Shown: positions 32,518 to 42,414 of the stretch, in pieces
How the letters are laid out: every line of letters starts with the position of its first letter
Position numbering within the stretch: position 1 is the stretch's first letter
Sequence record: PV467748.1
DNA length: 64,000 nt
Direction: 5' to 3' (one strand)
Source: a phage
Position numbers and translations under genes: made by a program
The notes under the pieces: generated by a model
What the model saw: only the letters and a program-made list of their open reading frames with translations
Databases searched by the model: none
What the model was told of the DNA's origin: nothing

Positions 32518-34023
32518 TTATAGTCCAGTTTGAGACCAATCGCCAAATACATCTTCAAATGTATCAGCTTCTGTTTTATCGAAACGCCAACCTTTAATAA
32601 TTGGAAGGAAAATACCTACAGTATCAGTACGTCCTTTAGAATGAACCCAACCATTACATTCGCAGTCAGCAATACGACCAATCAATTTACCTTCACGGGC
32701 TTGTTTCATAAGAAGTTCACGGTCTAAATCAGGACGGTCTTCTAATGGAATCAATACCTTTTTACCTGATTTATCTTTCTTATGGGTGGTATCTTTAAAG
32801 CCTGAGCCACAGTCACTTGTAATTCGACGACAACGTGATACCAATTCGACACCACCAAGTTTGTTAGGGTCCTTCGAGTGTTCATAATAACCCACTACTT
32901 CTAAAGCGATATCGATTACTTCTTTGAACTTGATAAGATTCTTAGAACGGCGGTTTTCCCAGTAGGAGTCCATGTTCTTAAGGATAATACCTTCCAGACC
33001 TTGGTCGACATATTTCTTATAAACGACTTTAGCTTCTTCAAGATTATTAACCCATTGCGTTTCAATAGGCTCGACACGTGTAAAGCCTTCAGCCATTTGT
33101 ACTAATGCAGCTAAACGAACATCGTATTTTTGACCTTTAATTTTGCCTTCAGAATAAACTTCATCTAACGGAACATAGTCCCATGCCTGCAATACCATAC
33201 CATCTGCTTCAGCTGGAGTAATAGTTCCTTGAAGAGCTTTATTAGCCAAACCATTTGAAGTAGAACGGTCGGCGACTGTCTGGAATTCCTTGGCTTTACT
33301 TAATTCCGGAAGTTCTTCATCAAACATACTAAACAAATCGTTAGATGCTTTAGGTTCAACTTTAGGGGTATGGTAAACTAATTCACCATCAATCATAACG
33401 CCATTAGGATGACGTTGACGAGCTTCTTCGGTCATTTTAATAAGTTCGGCTGCAAGCTTAGTAAGCCCTTGATATTCATTACCACCGCGAGTAAGGAATG
33501 TAACGCCCGAATCACGAACTTCAGCAAAACAACGAGCACCGTCAGCTTTTAATTGAGCAAACGCCGGCCATTTAATATTTTTCTTAATTAGAGCTTCGTC
33601 ATAAGAACTAGCCAACATCTGTGGTTGTTCAGGGATTAAACCTTTCCAAACCTTGTTAGCAATAGAAATCGATGCACCACATTCAAGGTCGCGCATCATT
33701 ACACGACGTAATACCTCGGCATCTGGTCCCTTAGCATCGGCAATGATTTGAGCCAGTTCTTCAATAGCAGCATTACCGGTAACCTTACGAGTAGCCAAAG
33801 TGAATTCAGCGAAATCAAGAAGGTCTTCAAGAGTAATCATACCAAAGGATTGGGACGTAAATCCAGGTTCAGGCCACTTTTTGATGCCGTAGTTCAGACG
33901 ACGGGTATACGCCATACGATAAACGCGTTTCAGAAGCTCATTGTCCTTTTCACGAGCAATAATAGCTTCTTTAGCTTTAGTAGAATCAATAGAAGCAATT
34001 TCGTTTAAAATATCTAAAATCAT
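32518..34023 (-). CDS. 30: ATP-dependent DNA ligase
   Basis: 501 aa; KADG adenylation motif (QLKADGARCF); similarity to T4 gp30. Confidence 0.95.
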   Translation of the reverse strand: MILDILNEIASIDSTKAKEAIIAREKDNELLKRVYRMAYTRRLNYGIKKWPEPGFTSQSFGMITLEDLLDFAEFTLATRKVTGNAAIEELAQIIADAKGPDAEVLRRVMMRDLECGASISIANKVWKGLIPEQPQMLASSYDEALIKKNIKWPAFAQLKADGARCFAEVRDSGVTFLTRGGNEYQGLTKLAAELIKMTEEARQRHPNGVMIDGELVYHTPKVEPKASNDLFSMFDEELPELSKAKEFQTVADRSTSNGLANKALQGTITPAEADGMVLQAWDYVPLDEVYSEGKIKGQKYDVRLAALVQMAEGFTRVEPIETQWVNNLEEAKVVYKKYVDQGLEGIILKNMDSYWENRRSKNLIKFKEVIDIALEVVGYYEHSKDPNKLGGVELVSRCRRITSDCGSGFKDTTHKKDKSGKKVLIPLEDRPDLDRELLMKQAREGKLIGRIADCECNGWVHSKGRTDTVGIFLPIIKGWRFDKTEADTFEDVFGDWSQTGL

Positions 34024-34283
34024 TTTACCGTCCTTACAGTTTGTGTACTTCTATTATAAGCTACTTCATCTAAAAGCTCATTTAAAGTTTTGTGATACGA
34101 TATAATACGCTTATCTTTAATATCGTATTCAGTAACATACATAAATCCGCGCCGAACACATTGGATAAAGATATCTTCATCTTTGGCTTGGAAATATACA
34201 GGGTTCAATCGAAGGAAATATCTAACGTTTCCATAATCATGGGATTTAGGCGTTCCATCAGTAATAGTATGAACTACAAACAT
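34020..34283 (-). CDS. hypothetical protein
   Basis: ORF between the HAD-like gene and ligase; start uncertain. Confidence 0.4.
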   Translation of the reverse strand: MFVVHTITDGTPKSHDYGNVRYFLRLNPVYFQAKDEDIFIQCVRRGFMYVTEYDIKDKRIISYHKTLNELLDEVAYNRSTQTVRTVK

Positions 34284-34284
34284 A

Positions 34285-34923
34285 TTAACCTCGAGCAATC
34301 CATTCAACTGCAGCGTTATTACGAAGGGATTCAATTGCTGCGATATCGTCCCATGAATTAACCTTTACGGCCAGATTAGGTTTAAAGTCACGTTCACCAC
34401 GGGCCAACCAATAAACTTGGATATCCATGAGAACATTAGATGCGGCATCACAGTGGTGAGCCAAATCATCGACATAAAACTTAATGCGTTTGCCGTATGT
34501 ATTTTTAGCTCTTATGAACAGGTCTTCTTTTGATTCTGAATGACCACACATCAGAATCTCCTTGAATGCGCCAGGGAACAAAGCATTCAAATTGAATTGT
34601 CTATTCAGCAGGGCGTCAATTGAGTCGCCTAGCGCAGTCACGGCTACAAAATCGAAGTCTTTTTTGAGCTTGTTGATGTGTTTTAATGCGTCCATGTAAG
34701 GAGACAGATAACGAATAAAATCCGACTGATTATATTTCTCAATTAAACGTGCGCCTAATTCGTCGTCACAATTAAACAGTTCGCCTGGAGATAAGAAACG
34801 TTCGTCCTGAATCATATTCAAAATATGTTCTAAAGGCAAATTATATTTCTGTGCGAAATAAGGCAAGCCGGACTGCCAACTTAAACACACTCCATCGATA
34901 TCTGTTAAGATAACTGGTTTCAT
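34285..34923 (-). CDS. HAD-superfamily hydrolase (nucleotidase/phosphatase-like)
   Basis: 212 aa; N-terminal DxDG motif (ILTDIDGV) typical of HAD phosphatases. Confidence 0.6.
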   Translation of the reverse strand: MKPVILTDIDGVCLSWQSGLPYFAQKYNLPLEHILNMIQDERFLSPGELFNCDDELGARLIEKYNQSDFIRYLSPYMDALKHINKLKKDFDFVAVTALGDSIDALLNRQFNLNALFPGAFKEILMCGHSESKEDLFIRAKNTYGKRIKFYVDDLAHHCDAASNVLMDIQVYWLARGERDFKPNLAVKVNSWDDIAAIESLRNNAAVEWIARG

Positions 34924-35387
34924 AATAAATCTCTCAATTTGTTTAGGATGTCGATAAACTCTTTTTCAGTTAGTATTGTATCACATTCTGTAAGGTGGCT
35001 TGCCATTGAATGCTTTAAAACCTTACCTTTAGCGGCTTGTAACGCATCTCGGAATCCTTTGTTCTGGAGCGCTGCTTCAAAATATGCATTTGTATACAAC
35101 TCTTTCCATGCTGCAGAGTATCTTGAAAAGGGAATTCCAAGCCAGAAAAGCGTCCCACGGTCCGCAGCTCTTGCATAAGCTCTTCCACTTTGCTGGGCGG
35201 CCAATCCGGACATCCCAAATATACGTTTTTGTTGTTCAATATTTTTCACCTTACACCCTTGGAGGAATCCTTCGAGTCCACCAAATTGGATACCATCCAT
35301 AACGAAAGGCCATTTAGCAAAGTTACTTAATGCGCATGATGGCCACGGAAAGTTACTTCTAATTTCTAACTCAGACATCTTTGACAC
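34920..35387 (-). CDS. NADAR (YbiA-like) domain protein, candidate ADP-ribose glycohydrolase
   Basis: 155 aa; LSNFAKWPFVMDGIQFGGLEGFLQGCK matches the YbiA/NADAR signature (SNFAAWP..DG....EHYFQAQK). Confidence 0.65.
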   Translation of the reverse strand: MSKMSELEIRSNFPWPSCALSNFAKWPFVMDGIQFGGLEGFLQGCKVKNIEQQKRIFGMSGLAAQQSGRAYARAADRGTLFWLGIPFSRYSAAWKELYTNAYFEAALQNKGFRDALQAAKGKVLKHSMASHLTECDTILTEKEFIDILNKLRDLL

Positions 35388-35583
35388 TTATAATTTCGAC
35401 ATCGGCCCAATGCCCGTAACCAGGCAGACGGTCTTTAATAGATAATCCACCGTCAGACTTCAGCATTTTAATTGTTTTGGTATACGGTTCATCTTGTGGT
35501 TGCACAGGAGATAAATCAGTTACACGATAAGTCACTTCGACCATTTCCGTACCTAATAATTTCTGAATCAGTTTCTTAAACAT
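35371..35583 (-). CDS. hypothetical protein
   Basis: 70-aa ORF in an operon-like array. Confidence 0.4.
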   Translation of the reverse strand: MFKKLIQKLLGTEMVEVTYRVTDLSPVQPQDEPYTKTIKMLKSDGGLSIKDRLPGYGHWADVEIISVKDV

Positions 35584-35584
35584 G

Positions 35585-35779
35585 TTATCCTCGCTTTAAA
35601 CATTTGATTACGGACAGTTCAGAACCCATACGAACGTCTTCAGTTCCATCGACCCATAGGACGGTGTAGGCTTCTTTAATAGTAGCATTACCTAATTTAA
35701 AAGCAGGTAGAACCTTTGAAATCATACCAGGAATACCTACACCTTTTAATTGGACTGTTTGTGATAAGAATAGTTGCAT
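35585..35779 (-). CDS. hypothetical protein
   Basis: 64-aa ORF, tightly packed. Confidence 0.4.
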   Translation of the reverse strand: MQLFLSQTVQLKGVGIPGMISKVLPAFKLGNATIKEAYTVLWVDGTEDVRMGSELSVIKCLKRG

Positions 35780-36066
35780 TAGAACCTCATCTGAAAGCCA
35801 TGGGATTTAACATTACCACCATAGATGTCAGAGGTATTGACTTCACGGGCGACACTTGGGTCGATGTTAATATCATGGTTGAGCTTAGTGATTGCTAGGG
35901 TGTCACGACCATTAACAGTACGGAATTCTACTGGACATACAACATCGGCATAAGCCTTAATGGATTCACGAGTAGGCTGTTTGTCAGCAGGAACATCTTT
36001 ACTTGCCTTAGAGAAAACAACTTCACAGAAATTTTTACGAGTATCGAAATAAGTGGTCATAAACAT
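35779..36066 (-). CDS. hypothetical protein
   Basis: Start moved to internal Met after GAGGAA SD (MFMTTYF...). Confidence 0.45.
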   Translation of the reverse strand: MFMTTYFDTRKNFCEVVFSKASKDVPADKQPTRESIKAYADVVCPVEFRTVNGRDTLAITKLNHDINIDPSVAREVNTSDIYGGNVKSHGFQMRF

Positions 36067-36081
36067 AATATTTTCCTCAAT

Positions 36082-36097
36082 GGAGGCCGAAGCCTCC
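36082..36097. other. stable stem-loop GGAGGC-CGAA-GCCTCC
   Basis: Perfect 6-bp stem with a CGAA loop between two - strand genes. Confidence 0.5.
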
Positions 36098-36107
36098 ATT
36101 TTTAAGA

Positions 36108-36473
36108 TTAGATATCGAATTCATTCAGAACTACATCAAAGATTGCTTCCAGGTGTTCAGGTTTAGCTCGGTTGCTCAGGATGTGACGAATCCAGGTTTT
36201 AACCAGAAGCTTACGATTAGAACCGTTCCAGCAAGGATGGGTACCTAAATCACGTTGACGGAAATCGTCATCTAAAGCGATTTTAAAAGTAGAACCTTCC
36301 ATAGTGATTGAAACCGTAATACCATTTTCAAAGCGCATGTAAACGTAGTTAGGAGTCATGCACTGTTCGATTTCACACACTGTACCGTTTTCGTGTTTCC
36401 ACAGGCAAATAACTTCGGAAGAACCAGCGATACCGTTAGAAACATATTTACGTTCGAAGTTGATGTAGTTCAT
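36108..36473 (-). CDS. hypothetical protein
   Basis: Start at MNYINFERK after GGAGAATAAAA SD; shares its leader with the next gene upstream. Confidence 0.5.
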   Translation of the reverse strand: MNYINFERKYVSNGIAGSSEVICLWKHENGTVCEIEQCMTPNYVYMRFENGITVSITMEGSTFKIALDDDFRQRDLGTHPCWNGSNRKLLVKTWIRHILSNRAKPEHLEAIFDVVLNEFDI

Positions 36474-36510
36474 TTTTATTCTCCAGTTTGTTTTCGTATT
36501 ATTTGGTACA
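36474..36510 (-). repeat. conserved promoter-proximal leader cassette, copy 1
   Basis: Near-identical to 36881-36917 (ttattctccagtttgttttcgtattatttggtaca). Confidence 0.7.
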
Positions 36511-36515
36511 GCTCT

Positions 36516-36545
36516 ATAATAACACAACCTGTACCAAAGTAAAAC
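36516..36545 (-). promoter_or_regulatory. early-type promoter with -10 inside the inverted repeat GGTACAG/CTGTACC
   Basis: Reverse complement GTTTTAC ... TATTAT; followed by the shared leader. Confidence 0.4.
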
Positions 36546-36547
36546 AT

Positions 36548-36880
36548 TTATTTCACAACATTCCAATTTTTCATATCAAGTTTACCAACTTTTTTCATCT
36601 GAGCAATCAGACGTTCAGCGCGTGTACGGGCATTAACGTAATAGAATTCACCAATTTTGTTTTCTTCAATACGACCAGTAATTACAGTTTTCAGTTCATA
36701 AATCCAACCTGTAAAGAAGTTGTGAAGCTCGATGGTAAATGTGAAATCAGTACCCATACCTTCAGTTGTTTCAACTTCGATGATATCACCTTCAACTGCA
36801 GTCAGGACCCACATGGTTTCTTGATATCCACCGTTGAAACATTTAGCTTTAACAGATGCATTCAGATTTACAGTTTTCAT
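36548..36880 (-). CDS. hypothetical protein
   Basis: 110 aa; leader identical to that of the 36108-36473 gene. Confidence 0.5.
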   Translation of the reverse strand: MKTVNLNASVKAKCFNGGYQETMWVLTAVEGDIIEVETTEGMGTDFTFTIELHNFFTGWIYELKTVITGRIEENKIGEFYYVNARTRAERLIAQMKKVGKLDMKNWNVVK

Positions 36881-36917
36881 TTTATTCTCCAGTTTGTTTT
36901 CGTATTATTTGGTACAT
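36881..36917 (-). repeat. conserved promoter-proximal leader cassette, copy 2
   Basis: Near-identical to 36474-36510. Confidence 0.7.
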
Positions 36918-36921
36918 GTCT

Positions 36922-36950
36922 ATAGTATCATGCCTACCGGAGATGTACAC
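36922..36950 (-). promoter_or_regulatory. early-type promoter (GTGTAC, 17-nt spacer, TACTAT)
   Basis: Directly downstream of a - strand terminator. Confidence 0.45.
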
Positions 36951-36978
36951 CTTTTTTTTAAGATTTAGAAACAAAAAT

Positions 36979-36996
36979 GGGACTCCGAAGAGTCCC
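36979..36996 (-). terminator. intrinsic terminator
   Basis: GGGACTC-CGAA-GAGTCCC followed by ATTTTTGTTTCT on the - strand. Confidence 0.65.
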
Positions 36997-37001
36997 ATAA
37001 C

Positions 37002-37163
37002 TTATGCCTGAGGCTTACCAAAGCAAGCAGCATCTGCACGCAATACTGCACGAGCACGAGCTTGAAGCTTATCAACTACCTGATTGATACGCTTGTTGGA
37101 CGCACGCTTGTAACCAGCGCGTTTAGAGGTACCGTCAACTACTTTAACTTCTTTCTTAGCCAT
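37002..37163 (-). CDS. small basic protein (53 aa), below the ORF-track cutoff
   Basis: Hand translation MAKKEVKVVDGTSKRAGYKRASNKRINQVVDKLQARARAVLRADAACFGKPQA; followed by a terminator. Confidence 0.4.
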   Translation of the reverse strand: MAKKEVKVVDGTSKRAGYKRASNKRINQVVDKLQARARAVLRADAACFGKPQA

Positions 37164-37319
37164 TTTTAAATCTCTTAAATTAGGATGCAGGACTTATTGG
37201 CGTTGCCTGCGCAAGCCCTCAAGGGGAACATAGGTTTTGGATATTTAACGACAGGATAACCATAAACCTCGTCATCATACCAACCACGACTTAGACAGAT
37301 AACCTTTTTCTGACGCGTG

Positions 37320-37348
37320 ATAGTACAAAATACATTCAAGAGGTACAC
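37320..37348 (-). promoter_or_regulatory. early-type promoter (GTGTAC, 17-nt spacer, TACTAT) with a long leader
   Basis: Reverse complement GTGTACCTCTTGAATGTATTTTGTACTAT; about 150 nt upstream of the 37163 start. Confidence 0.4.
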
Positions 37349-37426
37349 CGTAAAACTGTTGGGGTCTTAAAACTATAATGATTCGCAAATCATTAATCAA
37401 ACAGTTCGACGGCTCCTCGATTTAAT

Positions 37427-37675
37427 TTACTTCAGGGTAATAATAAAATGACGTACTGCTTTACGAGCTGCTGAAGCCAAAGGCTTAGCAAATTTCAGTT
37501 CATCTTTAGCTTCCAGTTCAGCAGCCAGAGTAGCCTGAGCAGGATTCAGATGTTTGAAATAACGCAGGATTTCCAGTGCTTCGGCTTCGACATCAATAGA
37601 TGCGCCGTAGTTTTCGTGACCGTTGTTCCAAGCGTTGCGTTGCAGTTCAAGAGCGTGATTCAATTGTTTGTTCAT
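37427..37675 (-). CDS. rIII: rIII lysis-inhibition accessory protein
   Basis: 82 aa; same length and position as T4 rIII, adjacent to gene 31. Confidence 0.8.
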   Translation of the reverse strand: MNKQLNHALELQRNAWNNGHENYGASIDVEAEALEILRYFKHLNPAQATLAAELEAKDELKFAKPLASAARKAVRHFIITLK

Positions 37676-37821
37676 TTTAGTTTCTCAATTCGAGATAAAG
37701 ATTGGTGGACACGTTCTTCTGAATTTCACTTCCTTTCGGCAAGTCTCTCAGTTGTAGTCCACCGCTTAGGATTCTCCGGTTAACTAACTAGTCCGGCAGC
37801 CAATCCATATTATTATTTATA

Positions 37822-38145
37822 TCACTTATAAAGACACGGAATAGCTTTATAGTGACAGGTAACGAATTTCTGTTTAATTTCTTTAGGTTGCTTAATACCG
37901 AGCGCAACTAAAGGATGAGGCACGTTAGCAATCTTACCAACAGGAAGTGGAGTCAAATCACCTACTTCACAAAAACCTTCAGGGACATCAGGTCCTACAG
38001 AATAAATTTCACAAAGTTCGGGGATTTCACCTTGATGAAGCTTGCCAATAACGATACCAGATGCAGTAGTTTCTTCATCGCCAGCTTGTTTTGGTTCGGA
38101 AACGAGAATAACATATTCTCCGACCGCTTTAATAGGAAGTTCCAT
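37822..38145 (-). CDS. 31: co-chaperonin (GroES-like) for capsid folding
   Basis: 107 aa; near-identical C-terminal half to T4 gp31 ([24 protein letters not shown]...[17 protein letters not shown]). Confidence 0.92.
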   Translation of the reverse strand: MELPIKAVGEYVILVSEPKQAGDEETTASGIVIGKLHQGEIPELCEIYSVGPDVPEGFCEVGDLTPLPVGKIANVPHPLVALGIKQPKEIKQKFVTCHYKAIPCLYK

Positions 38146-38176
38146 ATTTAATCCATATTGTTTTGTTGATAGATTA

Positions 38177-38203
38177 ATAATAACACGCTATTCTTAAAGC
38201 ATA
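38177..38203 (-). promoter_or_regulatory. candidate MotA-dependent middle promoter for gene 31
   Basis: Reverse complement ATGCTTTAAG (MotA-box-like TGCTTtA), 12 nt, TATTAT. Confidence 0.35.
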
Positions 38204-38503
38204 TTACAGGACAAGCAGAGTTTCAGTCTGAAGCCCGTTAATAGAAATCAGTTTATCGAAACGGAACGAGCGCCAGTCATTAACCTTGGTATCAAATACT
38301 CTGATGTAATTAACAGGTTCTTTATTGGCTTCAGGCCCAGGGGCCTGGACTTCTTTATATGGAAGCAGGTCTAAGTCACGTGTACAAGTCATACGACGGG
38401 CACTACCATCAGCCTTTTCAAACAGAACTTCGTGAAAGCCTACAGACAAAATAGTCTTGACTTTTTCACGCAGACGAATAGTTTCTTGTTCAGTTAAAAT
38501 CAT
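38204..38503 (-). CDS. hypothetical protein
   Basis: 99-aa ORF between 31 and cd. Confidence 0.5.
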   Translation of the reverse strand: MILTEQETIRLREKVKTILSVGFHEVLFEKADGSARRMTCTRDLDLLPYKEVQAPGPEANKEPVNYIRVFDTKVNDWRSFRFDKLISINGLQTETLLVL

Positions 38504-38505
38504 AA

Positions 38506-38739
38506 TTATTCCAGAATAGTTTTAATAGTGGTTGCATTACGCTCTTTTAGAGCTCTTAATAGGCTATGGCAATTTTCAAGAATAGGTACTGTTTTGTAAT
38601 TCATGTTGGCATAAACCCAATCAGATTTATAGTACGATTTCCAACGAGAGAAAAAGTACTTTTTGTATTCTACTGAATAGGCTACTAAGCTTTCACCTTT
38701 TGAATTCAGACCTGAAAACTTAACTAGACGAAATTTCAT
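38506..38739 (-). CDS. hypothetical protein
   Basis: 77-aa ORF. Confidence 0.45.
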   Translation of the reverse strand: MKFRLVKFSGLNSKGESLVAYSVEYKKYFFSRWKSYYKSDWVYANMNYKTVPILENCHSLLRALKERNATTIKTILE

Positions 38740-39284
38740 TATTCACCACAATAGTTTTGAATTGATTCCCAGTTCAGAGAACGGAGGCCAGTACGGTTAT
38801 ACTGGATAACCTCAATGCCTGATTCACGGAGGATATCGTCCCACCCTTCAGGATTTCGGTCATAGAGTTCAGCATAAACCAGTGTTTTAATTCCGGACTG
38901 CGCAATAGACTTAGCACAATCTGCACATGGGGACAGTGTCACATACATCGTAGCACCGTCAATAGAACTTCCTGTACGAGCTGCGAACAGGATAGCATTC
39001 AGTTCGGCATGGATTTCATTTTTAGATGACCATGCAGCGTGAGCCATACGGTGTTCTTTAAGAAGAACGGATTTGTGCGACATCCGAGTTGGGTCATACA
39101 CCACACGGGTCCAGTCCTGTTCCACAGCGTGGTCACAACAGTTAACACCACCGGACGGTGAACCATTATACCCTGTAGAGATAATGCGACCATTCTTTTC
39201 AATAACCGCGCCCACTTTCCATGAACAACATTTTGATTCTTGAGAAATCAGATATGCAATCTGAAGGTATGTGCTTGCTTTCAT
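38739..39284 (-). CDS. cd: dCMP deaminase
   Basis: 181 aa; zinc-binding cytidine/dCMP deaminase motifs (HAELNA, SPCADCA). Confidence 0.9.
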   Translation of the reverse strand: MKASTYLQIAYLISQESKCCSWKVGAVIEKNGRIISTGYNGSPSGGVNCCDHAVEQDWTRVVYDPTRMSHKSVLLKEHRMAHAAWSSKNEIHAELNAILFAARTGSSIDGATMYVTLSPCADCAKSIAQSGIKTLVYAELYDRNPEGWDDILRESGIEVIQYNRTGLRSLNWESIQNYCGE

Positions 39285-39622
39285 TACATCACCATGATAT
39301 AGGCAGATTTAGCAGTTTCAACACGATATAATTCATGTCGCAATTTCGTGATTGATTTTACACGTGAGGTTAATATACCATAACCATCTTTAAAGCGTTT
39401 TTTCTTATCAAAAAATACTACACCCGCTAATGAACTACCAATTTCAACTGGTAACATAGTCAGCAGCACACCGTCATAATCAGCCGGGTTAATGCTTTTG
39501 AACAGGGTATCATTCATCAACAAAGATCGGATAAATTGTATAGCGCCATCAGAGAGACCGCGATGGTCTCCATCCTTATCTTCTTGTAATGCGGTGGTAA
39601 TAGCTTCTACTAAACTAATCAT
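39284..39622 (-). CDS. hypothetical protein
   Basis: 112-aa ORF, coupled to cd. Confidence 0.45.
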   Translation of the reverse strand: MISLVEAITTALQEDKDGDHRGLSDGAIQFIRSLLMNDTLFKSINPADYDGVLLTMLPVEIGSSLAGVVFFDKKKRFKDGYGILTSRVKSITKLRHELYRVETAKSAYIMVM

Positions 39623-39849
39623 TGATATACCCGCTGTGCTTCAACCAAACCGTCTGAACCTAGTTTTAACTGGGTAATCTGGTCGCCATCTTTAGGATTA
39701 ACGATAACCAATACCGCACGTGGTGTTTCCTGGATTACTCGAAGAGTTGCATCAGGAAAACGTACAGAAACCTTATTAATCAGGGCCTGAGCAAATTCTT
39801 TAACTTTAACGTGGAACTGCTCTACAGTAATAGGTTGTTCGCTCAGCAT
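39619..39849 (-). CDS. hypothetical protein
   Basis: 76-aa ORF. Confidence 0.4.
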   Translation of the reverse strand: MLSEQPITVEQFHVKVKEFAQALINKVSVRFPDATLRVIQETPRAVLVIVNPKDGDQITQLKLGSDGLVEAQRVYQ

Positions 39850-40400
39850 TAGATGGTCTCCAACTTAAGTTGTTTGGTAGTGGTAGCTTGGGTAACATCG
39901 CCTTTAACAATATAACACACTTGTTGGAACGACTTAGTCAAAAGCTCTTCGGCTTGACGATCGGCTTGTTCCTTTGTGTTATGGCGAGAATGAACTTCAA
40001 TCTTACCATTTTTAACGATAAGCACTTTCCAATCCGCAGTGGCTTTTACTGGTTTAGGCTCATTTTCAGGAATACTCACCGAGGCCAGTGGACGTACTAC
40101 TTCAATAAAGTAATCGAATTCATGGCCAAAAAAGCCTGAGGAATTAAAAAGAACAGCATTTGCATCATCAGGATTACCTGTGATTTTGCTCAGGTCAACA
40201 AACCTCAACTCATCGTATACACGAATTCGGCTTACACGTTCACGCCCATTATGGTAATCAATTTCAACTTCAAACGGATTCATACCTACATACTTGGCAA
40301 AAGCTGTATTGAGGCCATAAGCGCCGTTATTAGTGAATTTGTTTTTAGTGTATTCACTACCGAACTTATAAAACTTACGCTCTTCAAAGAACTTGCTCAT
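39849..40400 (-). CDS. hypothetical protein
   Basis: Start at MSKFFEERKF after GAGGAAATCGAA SD; early promoter upstream. Confidence 0.5.
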   Translation of the reverse strand: MSKFFEERKFYKFGSEYTKNKFTNNGAYGLNTAFAKYVGMNPFEVEIDYHNGRERVSRIRVYDELRFVDLSKITGNPDDANAVLFNSSGFFGHEFDYFIEVVRPLASVSIPENEPKPVKATADWKVLIVKNGKIEVHSRHNTKEQADRQAEELLTKSFQQVCYIVKGDVTQATTTKQLKLETI

Positions 40401-40430
40401 TTCGATTTCCTCATTTGTTTCGGTAGGACT

Positions 40431-40460
40431 ACTATACCACAGTCCTACCATGATGTAAAC
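40431..40460 (-). promoter_or_regulatory. early-type promoter (GTTTAC ... TATAGT) with -10 in the loop of a 9-bp hairpin
   Basis: GGTAGGACT / AGTCCTACC stem at 40422-40449 flanks the -10. Confidence 0.45.
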
Positions 40461-40462
40461 AC

Positions 40463-40741
40463 TTAAATTGCTTCGACAACTACCGTTTGTTTCTGGAAGT
40501 CCATTTTGCATGAAATAGCCAAAATGTGGTTATCAATTTTAAATGGAACGATTGCAAATGCTGCACCAGACGTGAGTTGGACAGTGATTGCATCAACTGC
40601 ATCTGGGAACATGATTTCCAGAATAGCAGACAAACGGCCGTGAACTTTTAATTCAATCGACGTGTCGACAGGTTCGTATAGGTAATCAGATACAATCTGA
40701 CTAAAAACTACTTTAACAATTTCAGAATAAGTAGGGAACAT
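40463..40741 (-). CDS. hypothetical protein
   Basis: 92-aa ORF. Confidence 0.45.
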   Translation of the reverse strand: MFPTYSEIVKVVFSQIVSDYLYEPVDTSIELKVHGRLSAILEIMFPDAVDAITVQLTSGAAFAIVPFKIDNHILAISCKMDFQKQTVVVEAI

Positions 40742-40748
40742 AATTACC

Positions 40749-40964
40749 TCAGTGTACTGTATGGACCTTCACGTTAACAATAAACCGGTCAACGACTTCA
40801 GTCAGAGGAACGAACTCAACATAGTACTCACCTTTGTAACGTTCATTCAAATCGTTACGGAGAGCGGCAAGCGAGTTAATGAGAGCAGGAGACATATTCT
40901 GTCCTACCAGTTTCTGAAGCTCTTTATAAGCTTCTTCTTCAACTTCATGGTGTTTGTTATACAT
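40749..40964 (-). CDS. hypothetical protein (start uncertain)
   Basis: N-terminus trimmed to avoid overlap with the well-supported upstream ORF. Confidence 0.35.
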   Translation of the reverse strand: MYNKHHEVEEEAYKELQKLVGQNMSPALINSLAALRNDLNERYKGEYYVEFVPLTEVVDRFIVNVKVHTVH

Positions 40965-41153
40965 AATGTTTTTCCAAGAAGGCAAGGAGTTCTGGCGCTG
41001 ATTTAAAAATACCACCATCGACCCTGTCTTCATCTTTATAGTCCATAACATCCAGGCCAATACGTCCATCAGTTAAAGGCCATACGCCGAAGAAAAAGCA
41101 TTTACGTTTTTCAATTTCTTCGATTGTACGAAAAATCTTTTCGATATTATTCA

Positions 41154-41154
<1 letters not shown>
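40957..41154 (-). CDS. hypothetical protein
   Basis: 65 aa; AGGTGA SD; start overlaps the pseT stop by one base. Confidence 0.5.
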
Positions 41155-42379
<1,225 letters not shown>

Positions 42380-42414
42380 AATAATTTCCTCAAATTTTAT
42401 AATCCGTAGGAGCA

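Noticed and set aside
36108-36566. N-terminal extensions of several - strand ORFs in the ORF track (e.g. 36108-36566, 39849-40511, 49792-50607, 53934-54914)
   Set aside because: The upstream portions overlap promoters or terminators or lack an SD; internal Met codons preceded by GAGG-type SD sequences give lengths matching the T4 homologs
37164-37426. Possible tRNA or small RNA gene in the ORF-free region near rIII
   Set aside because: No cloverleaf could be drawn by eye: no acceptor/T-arm pairing and no GTTCxANYC T-loop in register. Kept only as a candidate structured leader in the findings
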